Counted from the first letter of the stretch, positions 35,860 to 46,062 are shown. The stretch is DNA of 64,000 bases from Minisyncoccota bacterium (GCA_041917695.1 JAYRXE010000037.1:306582-370581), one strand, 5' to 3'. Translations and numbers: made by a program. The notes: a model not told the origin generated them from the letters alone.

Positions 35860-37614
35860 ATGCGTTCCCAGGAAATCAGAGAAAAATTTTTGGGTTTCAT
35901 GAAGGCACGGGGCCACGCTATCGTGCCTTCTTCGTCGCTTATTCCGGAGGACCCGTCGGTGCTTTTTACGACCGCGGGCATGCAACAGTTCAAGAAGTAT
36001 TTCACTGGCGAACTCGAACCGGTAAAGGACTTCGGTTCAAAAAGCGTCGCCTCCGTACAGAAATGCTTCCGCACCTCGGATATCGACGAGGTGGGGGACG
36101 ATACGCATCTCACGTTTTTCGAGATGCTGGGAAATTTTTCCTTCGGGGGGTATTGGAAGGAAGAAGCGATCAAACTTGCGCATGAGTTCATCGCGAAGGA
36201 AATGGGTCTCGCAATTGATTATGTGACCTATTTCGACCCCGAAAAGGTCCCTGCGGGCGATTGGCGGAAGGGCGTGCCGAAGGATGAGGAATCGCCGAAA
36301 GTGTGGAAAGAGCTTGGCATAACGGACATACGCCCGGATGGCGTAGACGTTTTTTGGGGTCCGACGGGAAATGAAGGTCCCTGCGGGCCGACGACGGAGA
36401 TCTACGTGAATGGCGTGGAGGTTTGGAATATCGTCTTCAACGAATTCTATCGCGACAAGGAAAACAATCTTAAGCCCTTAGAAATAAAAGGCGTCGATAC
36501 GGGTATGGGTCTTGAGCGCCTTACGGTCATGGTGCAGAAAGTTGAGAATGTCTATGAAACGGATGAATTAAATCGCATTATGGCTTCTATTCCTTCCCAA
36601 GTTGAAGCATTTTCCGCCGATGGGGATAAGTTCCCGTTAACTATTGATAAAAAAACACGGAGAATCATCTCAGATCATGCTCGGGGCATTGCATTTCTCT
36701 TAAATGATGGAGTGCTTCCTTCAAATAAAGATGCTGGCTATGTATTGCGTCGACTTATGAGGCGATATATTTTCCGCTTGTATGGAGTAGGAAGTTTTGA
36801 TTCTGCCCTCAATGAAGTTTTAGCTATTTATAAGGAATTAGACGGCGGAAAGATAAGAACTGTCTTTGAGGATGAGTTAGCGAAATTCCTGAAAACGCTC
36901 ACCGTAGGATTAGGAGAACTCTACAAAATGGATCGGGTGACAGTTTTAGATGCGTTCATGCTATTCCAGAGTTACGGCCTTCCATACGAAGTGATAAAAG
37001 ATTACGCAAAGGAGAAGGCGCAATTCACGCGCGAAAGTTTTGACGCTGAGTTTGCCAAACACCAGGAGATTTCCCGCGCCGGCGCCGAAAAGAAATTCGG
37101 CGGACACGGCCTTTTACTCGATACGGGGGAATTGAAGGCCTCAAACGAGGACGAGCTTAAAAAAGTTCTCGCGCTTCACACGGCAACCCACTTGCTCCAC
37201 CAGGCGCTCCGCGAGACCCTGGGAAACGAGGTGAGCCAAAAAGGATCCGATATCACCGCGGAGCGGGCGCGATTTGATTTCTCGTTCCCGCGGAAATTGA
37301 CTCCTGAAGAGGTAAAGGCCGTCGAGGAGAAGGTGAATGCAAAGATTCGGGAGAATTTGACGGTCTCCTGCGAAGAGATGCCGAAGGCCGAGGCGGAAAA
37401 GACCGGAGCGCTCCATTTTTTCAACGGGAAATATCCGGATATGGTGAAGGTCTATTCGATTTCGCCGGATGGCACGCAGGGAAATGCCTGGAGCAAGGAA
37501 TTTTGCAACGGTCCCCATGTTTCCCATACGGGCGAGATCGGCGGAATCAAGATCGTAAAGGAAGAGGCGGTGTCATCCGGCACCCGGCGTATCCGTTTTA
37601 CCCTTAGCGGGTGA
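35860..37614 (+). CDS. alaS: alanine--tRNA ligase, compact form (aminoacylation + editing domains, no C-Ala domain)
   Basis: FTTAGMQQFK, FFEMLGNFSFG, DTGMGLER class-II motifs; editing-site HTATHLLH and CNGPHV; ends at 584 aa. Confidence 0.85.
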   Translation: MRSQEIREKFLGFMKARGHAIVPSSSLIPEDPSVLFTTAGMQQFKKYFTGELEPVKDFGSKSVASVQKCFRTSDIDEVGDDTHLTFFEMLGNFSFGGYWKEEAIKLAHEFIAKEMGLAIDYVTYFDPEKVPAGDWRKGVPKDEESPKVWKELGITDIRPDGVDVFWGPTGNEGPCGPTTEIYVNGVEVWNIVFNEFYRDKENNLKPLEIKGVDTGMGLERLTVMVQKVENVYETDELNRIMASIPSQVEAFSADGDKFPLTIDKKTRRIISDHARGIAFLLNDGVLPSNKDAGYVLRRLMRRYIFRLYGVGSFDSALNEVLAIYKELDGGKIRTVFEDELAKFLKTLTVGLGELYKMDRVTVLDAFMLFQSYGLPYEVIKDYAKEKAQFTRESFDAEFAKHQEISRAGAEKKFGGHGLLLDTGELKASNEDELKKVLALHTATHLLHQALRETLGNEVSQKGSDITAERARFDFSFPRKLTPEEVKAVEEKVNAKIRENLTVSCEEMPKAEAEKTGALHFFNGKYPDMVKVYSISPDGTQGNAWSKEFCNGPHVSHTGEIGGIKIVKEEAVSSGTRRIRFTLSG

Positions 37615-37637
37615 AAACCGTGGTATAATGGGACCCT

Positions 37638-39314
37638 ATGGCAGTCAAAAAAGAGAAAAAGATATTTCTTGAGATTTCCGATACGCTGGAAGAAGTATTG
37701 GAAAAGGTTGAAGACAGCTCCGCGGACAAGCTCGTCCTAAATGTCCCGAAGGGTTCGGCAATCGCCGATTCGGCGGACAACTTCGAGATACTGAAGGAAA
37801 AAGCGCGAATCGTCGGAAAAGAGATTTCCATCGAATCCGTTGACGACGAGATTGTGGCGCTCGCCGAGCAGGCGGACCTTTCCGCAAACGGCACGGGCCA
37901 CAAGGCCCGCGAAAGGGCTTTTTCGGATATTGTCGCGTCGCGCCCCAAGCGCCGCTTGCGCATCGAGGAAAAGCAGCGCGCGCATCTTGCGGAAGCTGAG
38001 ATCCTGGAAGAAAAACCGAAGCCCGTCGAGTTCGATGCAGACGCCGAAGACGAACGCCGCGACAAGGCGGAAAAGATCTTCGAGACCATCCAGGCGAAGA
38101 AGAAGCACGAGGAAAAGAATGTCCATGCCCGCTTCGAACGGCATGAGGAGCGGAAAGCCAAGGGAAATAAGGCCAAGCGGTACGTCCTTCTCGCCATTCT
38201 CATCCTTCTCCTTGCCGGGGGCGGTTTTGCCGCGGCATATGTCCTTCCGGAGGCGAATGTGGAGCTCACCATGAAACGCGCCGAAAAGGAATTCGCGGAG
38301 AACGTGCTGATTTCCATCAATGAAACCGCGCCGAAGATCGAGGGCGGCCGCATTATTCTCCCCGGCGAAGTGCTTTCCGCCGTAAAGAACACGCAAGTTG
38401 AAATAGCGGCCCAGGGGAAAGCGAATGTGGAGGAGAAAGCGAAAGGCAAACTCACCATTTACAATAATTTTGACGGCAAACCGCAACAGCTTGTTGCGAC
38501 GACCCGTTTCGAGTCGCCCGATGGGAAGATTTTCAGGCTCGTAAGTGCCGTTACGGTGCCGGGAGCGAAGATTGAAGGAGGGAAAGTGGCGTCTCCCTCG
38601 TCCGTCGAGGCGGATGTCGTCGCCGACCAGGCGGGAGCAGGGTACAACGTTTCGGCCCAAAAGAACTGGCGCATCCCCGGTTTTAAGGGAACGCCCCGCT
38701 ATGACGGATTCACCGCAGAGAACAAATCGGCGATGAGCGGAGGATTTTCGGGGGAGCGGCCGCAAGCTACGGAAGCTGACCGGGCGGCGGGGGAAGCGAA
38801 GCTAAAAAATACGCTGGAGTCCGCCCTCACCGCGCAGATGAACATCCTTCTTACGGACAAATTTACCCTCATTCCGGGCGCGTCGGTCTTTGAAGTCACG
38901 AAGACGGAACTCCAGTCCGATTCGTCCCGCCAGAATATCGCGCTTCTCTATGGCGAGGCTGATATGAAGAAGATGGTATTCGTCGAAGATATGCTCAAAG
39001 TCGCCCTCGCGGAACGGTTCGGGGGAGACTTGCCTGAAAAGGCGAAAGTCGAATCTTTCACGGCAACATATGGCGAACCCCAGATAGACTGGGCGGCGGG
39101 AACCATGCAAATCCAAATCAGCGGGAAGGCCGTTTTCATCCCCGACATCGATACCGGAAAGATCGTCGAGGATATCAAGGGGAAGGACGAAAACGAATTG
39201 AAGGATTATGTCTTTGCGCTTCCCGGACTTGAGAACGCCCGCGTTTCGCTGTGGCCGTTTTGGGTGAAGGCGGTGCCGAAGAATTCGAACCGAATTGACG
39301 TATCGGCAAAATAA
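37638..39314 (+). CDS. hypothetical bitopic membrane protein (cytoplasmic charged N-terminal region, one TM, large extracytoplasmic domain)
   Basis: 558 aa; TM LLAILILLLAGGGFAAAYVL at about residue 190; no confidently recognised domain. Confidence 0.5.
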   Translation: MAVKKEKKIFLEISDTLEEVLEKVEDSSADKLVLNVPKGSAIADSADNFEILKEKARIVGKEISIESVDDEIVALAEQADLSANGTGHKARERAFSDIVASRPKRRLRIEEKQRAHLAEAEILEEKPKPVEFDADAEDERRDKAEKIFETIQAKKKHEEKNVHARFERHEERKAKGNKAKRYVLLAILILLLAGGGFAAAYVLPEANVELTMKRAEKEFAENVLISINETAPKIEGGRIILPGEVLSAVKNTQVEIAAQGKANVEEKAKGKLTIYNNFDGKPQQLVATTRFESPDGKIFRLVSAVTVPGAKIEGGKVASPSSVEADVVADQAGAGYNVSAQKNWRIPGFKGTPRYDGFTAENKSAMSGGFSGERPQATEADRAAGEAKLKNTLESALTAQMNILLTDKFTLIPGASVFEVTKTELQSDSSRQNIALLYGEADMKKMVFVEDMLKVALAERFGGDLPEKAKVESFTATYGEPQIDWAAGTMQIQISGKAVFIPDIDTGKIVEDIKGKDENELKDYVFALPGLENARVSLWPFWVKAVPKNSNRIDVSAK

Positions 39315-39325
39315 CAGAAAGTTAA

Positions 39326-40534
39326 TTGACTATGGAACAAAAGAAAACATACAAATATCTCTCCATCTTCGCGGCGGTCATCCTCGCCGCGGGGCTTTTC
39401 TATACCGGCTTCCGGGCCGGCGCGCTTTCGCGCATGCCCCAGACCGCCGAAGCGGTAACCCAGAATCCCGATTTCGCTTTTTTCTGGGACGTGGTGAATT
39501 TGGTCCGCGAGAAGCACGTGAACGGGGCGGACTTGAATGACGAGAAAGTGCTTGAAGGCGCAATTCACGGCGCCATCGAAGAACTCGACGACCCCTACAG
39601 CGAATACTTCAATCCCGTCGAAGCGAAGAAATTCAACGAAGACCTGAGTGGCGTATTCGGCGGCATCGGCGCTGAAATCGGAATTCGGGACGACCAACTC
39701 ACCGTCATCGCGCCCTTAAAGGGAAATCCGGCTGAGAAGGCTGGGCTTAAGGCAAGCGACAAAGTTATTGAAATCGATGCCACTTCTACGCGCGGTATGG
39801 ATATCGACATGGCCATCAAGCTTATCCGGGGTGCTCCGGGAACCACGGTGAAACTGAAGATTATGCGGGACGGCTTCAAAGAACCGAAGGAGTTCACCGT
39901 TACCCGCGCCATCGTGAATGTTCCGACGCTTGATTGGGAAATGAAACCGGGAGGCATCGCGTATTTCAAGCTCTATAACTTCAATGCGAATCTCCTGCCC
40001 GCGTGGAACGTAGCGGCGGCCCAGGCGTTGCTGAAGAGCCCGAAGGGCATCGTGGTGGACGTTCGCAACAATCCGGGAGGATTCCTCGACGTTTCGACGG
40101 CGATCACCGGCTGGTTTGCGAAGCGCGGCGAGGTGGTAGTTCGCGAAAAACTGCGGGGCGGGGACGAGGAACGCATCTATGCGAACGGTAATGAGGCCTT
40201 TTCCCGCATTCCGGTTGTTGTCCTCGTAAACGAGGGTTCGGCTTCCGCTTCGGAAATTCTCGCGGGAGCCTTGAAGGATCTTCGGGGGGCGAAAGTCATC
40301 GGTATAAAGAGTTTCGGGAAGGGAAGCGTCCAGGAGGTAGAAACGCTTTCGACGGGCGCAATGCTCAAGGTTTCCATCGCCGAGTGGCTCACGCCGAACG
40401 GCAGCTCCATCAATAAGAAAGGCATCTCGCCTGACTATGAGGTAAGGCTTACGGAGGACGACGTAAAGAAGAACAAGGATCCCCAGCTCCAGAAAGCCCT
40501 TGAGGTATTGAACGGGCTTTTGAAGAAAAAATAA
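39326..40534 (+). CDS. ctpA: carboxyl-terminal processing protease (S41A)
   Basis: PDZ domain (PAEKAGLKASDKVIEID) and S41 catalytic region VVLVNEGSASASEILAGALKD..K. Confidence 0.85.
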   Translation: MTMEQKKTYKYLSIFAAVILAAGLFYTGFRAGALSRMPQTAEAVTQNPDFAFFWDVVNLVREKHVNGADLNDEKVLEGAIHGAIEELDDPYSEYFNPVEAKKFNEDLSGVFGGIGAEIGIRDDQLTVIAPLKGNPAEKAGLKASDKVIEIDATSTRGMDIDMAIKLIRGAPGTTVKLKIMRDGFKEPKEFTVTRAIVNVPTLDWEMKPGGIAYFKLYNFNANLLPAWNVAAAQALLKSPKGIVVDVRNNPGGFLDVSTAITGWFAKRGEVVVREKLRGGDEERIYANGNEAFSRIPVVVLVNEGSASASEILAGALKDLRGAKVIGIKSFGKGSVQEVETLSTGAMLKVSIAEWLTPNGSSINKKGISPDYEVRLTEDDVKKNKDPQLQKALEVLNGLLKKK

Positions 40535-40535
40535 G

Positions 40536-40967
40536 ATGCGCGTAGTTTTTTTGAAGGACGCGCGGGGAATGGCGAAAAAAGGGGAGATACGGGAGGTATC
40601 CGAAGGATACGCCCGGAATTTCCTTATCCCGAAGGGAATTGCCAAGCTTGCGACGGAATCGATTGTAAAGGAGATTGACCGTGAGAAACGGGAGGGAGAG
40701 GCGCATGCGGCCAAGCTCGACAAAAAGCACGCTGCTCTCGCGGAAAGGCTGAAAACCGAGATATTGGAATTCAGCGGCAAGGCGAACGGTTCGGAGCTTT
40801 TCGGATCAATCGGCGAAAAGGACATCCTTACCGAGCTTCGCCGGCGCGGAGCGGAAAGCGTGAAACTCGCATTGCCCCATCCGCTTAAATCACTCGGGGA
40901 GCATGCGGTAGGAGCTCGCATCGGAAACAGCGAAACGGAAATAAAAATACGCATCACCGGAAAGTGA
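40536..40967 (+). CDS. rplI: 50S ribosomal protein L9
   Basis: MRVVFLKDARGMAKKGEIREVSEGYARNFLIPKGIA N-terminal domain signature. Confidence 0.85.
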   Translation: MRVVFLKDARGMAKKGEIREVSEGYARNFLIPKGIAKLATESIVKEIDREKREGEAHAAKLDKKHAALAERLKTEILEFSGKANGSELFGSIGEKDILTELRRRGAESVKLALPHPLKSLGEHAVGARIGNSETEIKIRITGK

Positions 40968-40986
40968 TGCGTATTTTTTAGGAGTC

Positions 40987-41274
40987 TTATTTTTTCGCCG
41001 AGGGAACGAGGGAAACGACTTTGATGCTGCGCTTTTGGCCGTTAAAGCCGGTTTTTTGCGTTGTCGAAAAGTTTACGACGCCGCCAACCTTCGCGTACAG
41101 GGTGTCGTCTCCTCCCCGGAGAACGTTCTTGCCGGGCATATAACGCGTGCCACGCTGGCGGATGATAATTTCGCCGGCATGCACCGTCTCGCCGTGGTTT
41201 GCCTTCACGCCAAGTCGTTTGGACTCTGACTCTCTGCCTAATTTTGTAGATCCTTTGGCTTTTGTATGTGCCAT
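40987..41274 (-). CDS. rpmA: 50S ribosomal protein L27
   Basis: [39 protein letters not shown]. Confidence 0.9.
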   Translation of the reverse strand: MAHTKAKGSTKLGRESESKRLGVKANHGETVHAGEIIIRQRGTRYMPGKNVLRGGDDTLYAKVGGVVNFSTTQKTGFNGQKRSIKVVSLVPSAKK

Positions 41275-41523
41275 ATGTTTCGCTTAGAAGCTCAAAATGA
41301 TACCCTCATAGTGTAGGAAAAACCTGAATTTATGTCAACGATTGGCGATTTGACGCGGACGAAGGGCGGGAGGCTGTACCTGCTTCTTTTGGCGCTCATT
41401 GCGGCATCAGCCTTCCTTTTCGGCTATTTTTACGCGAAAAACCAAACCCCTCCAGTCATTATCGAAAAAACCGCCGGATAGCCCTTACCGTCACGCACGG
41501 GAAGGCTTTCACGTACTCTAGAT

Positions 41524-42108
41524 ATGCAGGGAAATCGCAGATTTTGGGTCATTGCCGGCATTATCGCCCTTTTTATCCTCGGGGGCGCGGCATGGGAATT
41601 TTGGAAGGCGGACGGTTTTCGCGCAGGCGAGGGAATTCCGGTTTCCACCGAGACGAACTCGACCTCATCATTCTCGTTTGAAAACTATCCGAGCGAAGAA
41701 GCGTATCTCGGCGTTCCGCATGAGCCTGATTTTTCCACGAATCCCGCAGCACGCCAGTTTGAGACGGTCATCCGCGAAGGAGCGAAGCAGGGACCTAATT
41801 TCAACGGCCACTACACGGTTATTTTTTACGGGTGCGGGACGGCCTGTCAGGCATATGCGCTCCTTGATGCCCGTGACGGCCGGATTGTGACCTTCGGGGA
41901 AAGCTTCTTCACCTCCACGCGCGGGGCGGGATACCGCCTGACAAGCTCGCTTTTGATTCTCGATCCGTATGAGTCGGGCACACGCGTCTATGCGGAAGAG
42001 GGAAGTGTCCCGCCCGTGCGTTACTATGCGTTTAGGGGCGGCCGCTTTGAGTATCTCGGAAGCCAGACGTGCTCGGTATCGGCGACAGATGAACTCCTGT
42101 GTTTATAG
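41524..42108 (+). CDS. hypothetical secreted protein (N-terminal TM/signal)
   Basis: 194 aa, N-terminal hydrophobic helix, 4 Cys; no recognisable family; no SD. Confidence 0.4.
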   Translation: MQGNRRFWVIAGIIALFILGGAAWEFWKADGFRAGEGIPVSTETNSTSSFSFENYPSEEAYLGVPHEPDFSTNPAARQFETVIREGAKQGPNFNGHYTVIFYGCGTACQAYALLDARDGRIVTFGESFFTSTRGAGYRLTSSLLILDPYESGTRVYAEEGSVPPVRYYAFRGGRFEYLGSQTCSVSATDELLCL

Positions 42109-42181
42109 TTGACTATTTTACTGTAATTTGGTATAATTAAATAAGTAAATTAAGAGCCGTACGGCTAGAAAGGCAGTAAAG

Positions 42182-42466
42182 ATGGATCGGTCCCAATTTC
42201 AAGACTTCGCTCGGGAAATAGTGATTCTTACAATTAACTTTCCTAGGCTTGAAGTGAATGAAAAAGGGGTTCGTCTGGCAATCGAGCGCGTAGAAGCGCT
42301 TGAGAAAAAAGTAGGGAAGCATTCGTGCGCAAACCTTGAGCTTCATTGCGCATTGGTTGTATTGAAGAGAATGAAATCAGGCTATTCCGAATTGCGTCAT
42401 TTAATCGATGACGTAGTGAGGATACGGTCCTATTTCAACGAAGCAATTGCATTAATACCCGCCTAA
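42182..42466 (+). CDS. hypothetical protein (lower-GC islet)
   Basis: 94 aa; followed by terminator cccgcctaacaggcgggttttta. Confidence 0.4.
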   Translation: MDRSQFQDFAREIVILTINFPRLEVNEKGVRLAIERVEALEKKVGKHSCANLELHCALVVLKRMKSGYSELRHLIDDVVRIRSYFNEAIALIPA

Positions 42467-42553
42467 CAGGCGGGTTTTTATTTGACAGTCCGGGCGGTTT
42501 CTTCTAGAAAGACTGGAGTTCTAATTTATAACTTAACACGAAAGGAGATCGTT

Positions 42554-43021
42554 ATGATCTTTTATTTTGCTTTGAAGTGCAGATTCCGCATTTTTATCCT
42601 TGTTTTGGCGCTTGCGTGGTGGCTGGTGGCCTGGCTTCTTGCTCCGCCGTTCCTGATTTGGTTTACGGCACTCATCGTTCCGTTTATGGGCTATGTGCTC
42701 ATTTTCTTAGGAATCATTTTGCTCAGTATTCTTGCGCAGGCCGTCATGCGACACCTGAGCCATGGGGTGGCGATAAATGACGATGCGGTAAAAATACGCA
42801 CCAGCCTTTTAGGAGACACCCGAACCATTCCCTTCAATTCAATCCGGCATACCGACAAGGACAGGACGTTTACCACTTTTTTAACCGGCGTGGTTTCCAT
42901 GAAACTCACCATTAAAGAGCACGAATCGGATAAGGAAAAGCCGGAAATCATTCAGCTCCCGGAAAAGATTGCGGATGAGCTGGATAACAAATTCCAACGC
43001 GCTTCATCCCGACGAAGTTAA
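42554..43021 (+). CDS. membrane protein, possibly bacterial PH-domain (bPH_2/YdbS-like)
   Basis: SD aaggag then ATG 42554; two TM helices followed by a beta-rich about 80-aa domain. Confidence 0.45.
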   Translation: MIFYFALKCRFRIFILVLALAWWLVAWLLAPPFLIWFTALIVPFMGYVLIFLGIILLSILAQAVMRHLSHGVAINDDAVKIRTSLLGDTRTIPFNSIRHTDKDRTFTTFLTGVVSMKLTIKEHESDKEKPEIIQLPEKIADELDNKFQRASSRRS

Positions 43022-43050
43022 AAACCCCGCCGAAAGGCGGGTTTTTATTT
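43021..43050. terminator. bidirectional terminator between convergent genes
   Basis: aaaaccccgcc-gaaa-ggcgggtttttattt. Confidence 0.6.
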
Positions 43051-43818
43051 GAGATAGCCGATGGTTTTAAGCATTGCTTCGTTTTCCCACTCCCACAGGC
43101 GCTTTGCGCCGAGGAATGCCTCGAAGTCGTGCTCCCAATCGGGAAATTCCTTGAGTTCGATAAATCCCGTAAGCGGTCCCCAGCGGTGCGAACACGCCCG
43201 CATGAAGGCGTTCCCCGAGGTCGTCCGCACCTTTCGGTTCCCGCCTTTGGTGCGCAAAAGCGCCCCGCACTGGAGGCAGGGTTGCGCCTGGTCTATGCGC
43301 AGTATCCAGCGAGTCTCAAGTTCCGGCACCCGCGCCTTCATGGCGGCTACGTAGGCGGAGGTTTGCAGGCAGTAATCGCGGTAGATTTCAAGAGATGTCT
43401 TGATGTCGAGTACGCCGACCCTGCCGTCAATTTCGGCAACCGCATCGAGCGTGCCCGCGTATCGGTGGTCGTCGCTCCAGAGCCTGGTTTCCACATATTC
43501 GGGGAATACCCGGATATTCTTCTCGGTTATGAATTTCTTGAACGCTTCGATCGACGGGGCGGTTTTAGGCGTCAGCTCGGGTTCTTTGCCGAGGAATACC
43601 GCTTCGGCAGCTTCATGAATCGCCGTTCCCTCCTCAGCCGACAATTTTTTCATCTTTTCTCCCGCCGCGAAGCTTTCCATCCGTCCGTAAAAGCGGTAGA
43701 GCGCGGGTTTTGCCTTGATGTCCACGATTTTCGTGACGCGGGGATACCACGAGCCGTTTTCCATAAAATAGCCGTGGGTTTCCTGGAACTCTTCGGGAGA
43801 GATGACTTCAAAGGCCAT
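43045..43818 (-). CDS. PD-(D/E)XK nuclease, RecB/Cas4-like family, with C-terminal Cys cluster
   Basis: motif II GTLDAV, motif III VLDIKTS (D-x-K), QTSAY (QxxxY) typical of RecB-family nucleases; Cys at YCLQ, CLQCG, ACSH. Confidence 0.6.
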   Translation of the reverse strand: MAFEVISPEEFQETHGYFMENGSWYPRVTKIVDIKAKPALYRFYGRMESFAAGEKMKKLSAEEGTAIHEAAEAVFLGKEPELTPKTAPSIEAFKKFITEKNIRVFPEYVETRLWSDDHRYAGTLDAVAEIDGRVGVLDIKTSLEIYRDYCLQTSAYVAAMKARVPELETRWILRIDQAQPCLQCGALLRTKGGNRKVRTTSGNAFMRACSHRWGPLTGFIELKEFPDWEHDFEAFLGAKRLWEWENEAMLKTIGYLK

Positions 43819-43958
43819 AATTTCCCTATTTTACAGGAGTTTCGGGGGGCAGGGAAGCGATCGGCCTCGAAACTTGCCTAATTGCCGTTAGGCTTGTATA
43901 GTCTGGGCAGAAATTAACACAATTAAAAAAGGAATAATTCAAGCTAAGGAGGCTTATT

Positions 43959-44984
43959 ATGAACAGATTAAGGGTTTATATCCTCATGTTCTTCATTCTT
44001 CCCTACATCGTTCTCGGCCAGGAAACCTCAGGGTACGGCCAGACACTCGCCAAAACCCCTGTTCTCCGCGGGGATTCGCTCACCACCGACAGTTCTTCGA
44101 TAACGGGCTCGGGGAAAGACACGCCCCAAATTAAGCTCACGCTCAAAGAAAAGAAAAAACGCGTATTGCGCGTTACGATAGACGGTGTGTATGCGGGAAT
44201 ACTGTACAACGGCATCCAAAACCTGGATACTGGCGGACACAATCCGGACGCCGCACTCGTATTTGCCGGAGAAGGGAATGTCGGTTTTTGGGTAGGCAAG
44301 TACAAGGATGGATATGTTTCAGTGGGCTGGGTGTTCAACTCAAACCTAAACTTGGACGGGTACGGTTCGCTGGTTTTGCCGCTCGACAGGCGTCTAACCA
44401 TGAATCTGGGCTTCCCTGAAAAGACGACCGCCATCGTAAAGAAGCCGGTAACCGACGAAGAGCGCCACCGCAAAATCCAAACGCTCGACCTTATCCAGAG
44501 TTCGGGGCCGGGAGCGACGCTGACATTGAAAATATCCAAATTCTTTTCGCTTATGGGAGGAGCCTTCCTAAAGAACAAGAAAGCGGAGCTGGGCGCGGGA
44601 CTCACCATGGGAAAATTCCTCAGACTTGGGGGAGCCTATTACGAAAAACAGTGGATGGCGGCTATGCGTCTCACGTTCCTGCCGGTGGAATTCGTTGCTT
44701 TCCACATGAAAGACTCGGTAACCTCAGTCTATGCATATGTGGCTCCGTGGAAACCGAAGAAAATCGTTTCCAAGCGCCCGCTTGGGTACATAGATTTCTG
44801 GGGTGAAGCGACCTACAGTTGGTTCACCAAAAAAGTGCGGAAAGTAGTGGGATTCTTCTATACGATTCCCATACCATTCCTCACCAAAACGGACTACACC
44901 TATGTACGGCTCGGCGCGAGCACGGATTTCCACGACTGGATAGGAATTCATGGCGGCATAGATATACGCAAGTATGATTTCTGA
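43959..44984 (+). CDS. hypothetical secreted protein (signal peptide; ends in aromatic YDF)
   Basis: strong SD aaggagg; N-terminal MNRLRVYILMFFILPYIVLGQ signal; beta-rich composition. Confidence 0.5.
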   Translation: MNRLRVYILMFFILPYIVLGQETSGYGQTLAKTPVLRGDSLTTDSSSITGSGKDTPQIKLTLKEKKKRVLRVTIDGVYAGILYNGIQNLDTGGHNPDAALVFAGEGNVGFWVGKYKDGYVSVGWVFNSNLNLDGYGSLVLPLDRRLTMNLGFPEKTTAIVKKPVTDEERHRKIQTLDLIQSSGPGATLTLKISKFFSLMGGAFLKNKKAELGAGLTMGKFLRLGGAYYEKQWMAAMRLTFLPVEFVAFHMKDSVTSVYAYVAPWKPKKIVSKRPLGYIDFWGEATYSWFTKKVRKVVGFFYTIPIPFLTKTDYTYVRLGASTDFHDWIGIHGGIDIRKYDF

Positions 44985-45056
44985 GTAGATTCGCAAACCC
45001 CCGTTATGGGGGTTTTTATTTATAAAAAATCCCCGCCACGGCGGGCGGGGGGATGG

Positions 45057-45374
45057 TTATAGGTTTTTCTTTTCTTCGGTTTTTTCCGTGCTTTTCTGCG
45101 TTGCAGTATCTGTTGTTTTTACTGAAGCGGTCTTTGTTTCTTCCCGCGCAACCGCCCGCTCAACCACGAACTCAAAGAGGATGGCGATGATAATCAGGAA
45201 GACTATCTCAATAAGCCATATGCCCGTGATGAGCGAAATCCCGATTGCTGCGTATTTCCCCGCAAACGGAGCGATGAAGAAAAGACCAAGGTCCACGAGA
45301 AACACAAGGACCAGGGTGAGAAGGAAAATTCCCTTGAAAAGCGTTTTCGGATAGCTGAAATCCATTCTTTCCAT
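45057..45374 (-). CDS. small membrane protein (hypothetical)
   Basis: Start at MERMDFSYP with SD gaaagg; three hydrophobic helices; Thr/Lys-rich tail. Confidence 0.45.
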   Translation of the reverse strand: MERMDFSYPKTLFKGIFLLTLVLVFLVDLGLFFIAPFAGKYAAIGISLITGIWLIEIVFLIIIAILFEFVVERAVAREETKTASVKTTDTATQKSTEKTEEKKNL

Positions 45375-45498
45375 CGAATTGATGCCTTTCTTTTTTTGAT
45401 TAAGAACTGCAGAAAATCTATACGGAATACTTTGACTTGTCAATGTTCTTATGGTAAAAAAGGGTCAGTAAATTATAAAACCAACCCAGGGAGGTTGT

Positions 45499-45957
45499 AT
45501 GAAAAATTCAGAAAAGAAAAAAGCAACTCGCCCTCAAAAAACGAAAACCCCGCAAACCATTATCTATGTCCCGCCGACGCTCGGACGCATCGGCGGTAAA
45601 GCGGAGGAAGTGAAGCGAGAGTGGAACGAAGGCCTCCAATGCCATATCGTCACCGTAAAGATCAGCGGTGAATTGCTTGAGCTTAAGTGGGAGGGGTATC
45701 TTGCGGAGAAGCAAAGCATTCTCAAAAACGCCTACGGCGAAACGAATGCCCAGCTTATGAATTCTGGTGGCGCTCCCGTAAAGAGGATGCCCGAAGGATT
45801 TTCGGCGGCTGAGATACGCGCTCACATTGAAGCGGAAGAACCCGACGACGAAGAGGCGAGCGGGGAGCCTGCAGAGGAAGATGAGCCGAGCGATCGAGAG
45901 TTGGATATAGAGAATATCCCGGACCCCGATGCGTTTCTTGATGAAGACGATGAATGA
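45499..45957 (+). CDS. hypothetical protein with acidic C-terminal tail (cassette 1)
   Basis: SD gggagg; 152 aa; own terminator 45959-45990. Confidence 0.45.
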   Translation: MKNSEKKKATRPQKTKTPQTIIYVPPTLGRIGGKAEEVKREWNEGLQCHIVTVKISGELLELKWEGYLAEKQSILKNAYGETNAQLMNSGGAPVKRMPEGFSAAEIRAHIEAEEPDDEEASGEPAEEDEPSDRELDIENIPDPDAFLDEDDE

Positions 45958-46050
45958 TTTTTGCCCCGCCGATGCGGGGCTTTTTTATTCACAGATTGCA
46001 CTTGCGGGGAGTGCGCACCGAAGGGGATAATGAAGGCAGAATTCACTATT

Positions 46051-46062
46051 TTAATAACTTAA
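46051..46062 (+). promoter_or_regulatory. recurrent leader motif TTAATAACTTAA
   Basis: 18 nt upstream of ATG 46081. Confidence 0.35.

Noticed and set aside
37604-38765. Two long minus-strand ORFs (37604..38458, 37737..38765)
   Set aside because: Antisense to the well-supported 558-aa membrane-protein gene and alaS end. Low-complexity Ser/Arg-rich translations.
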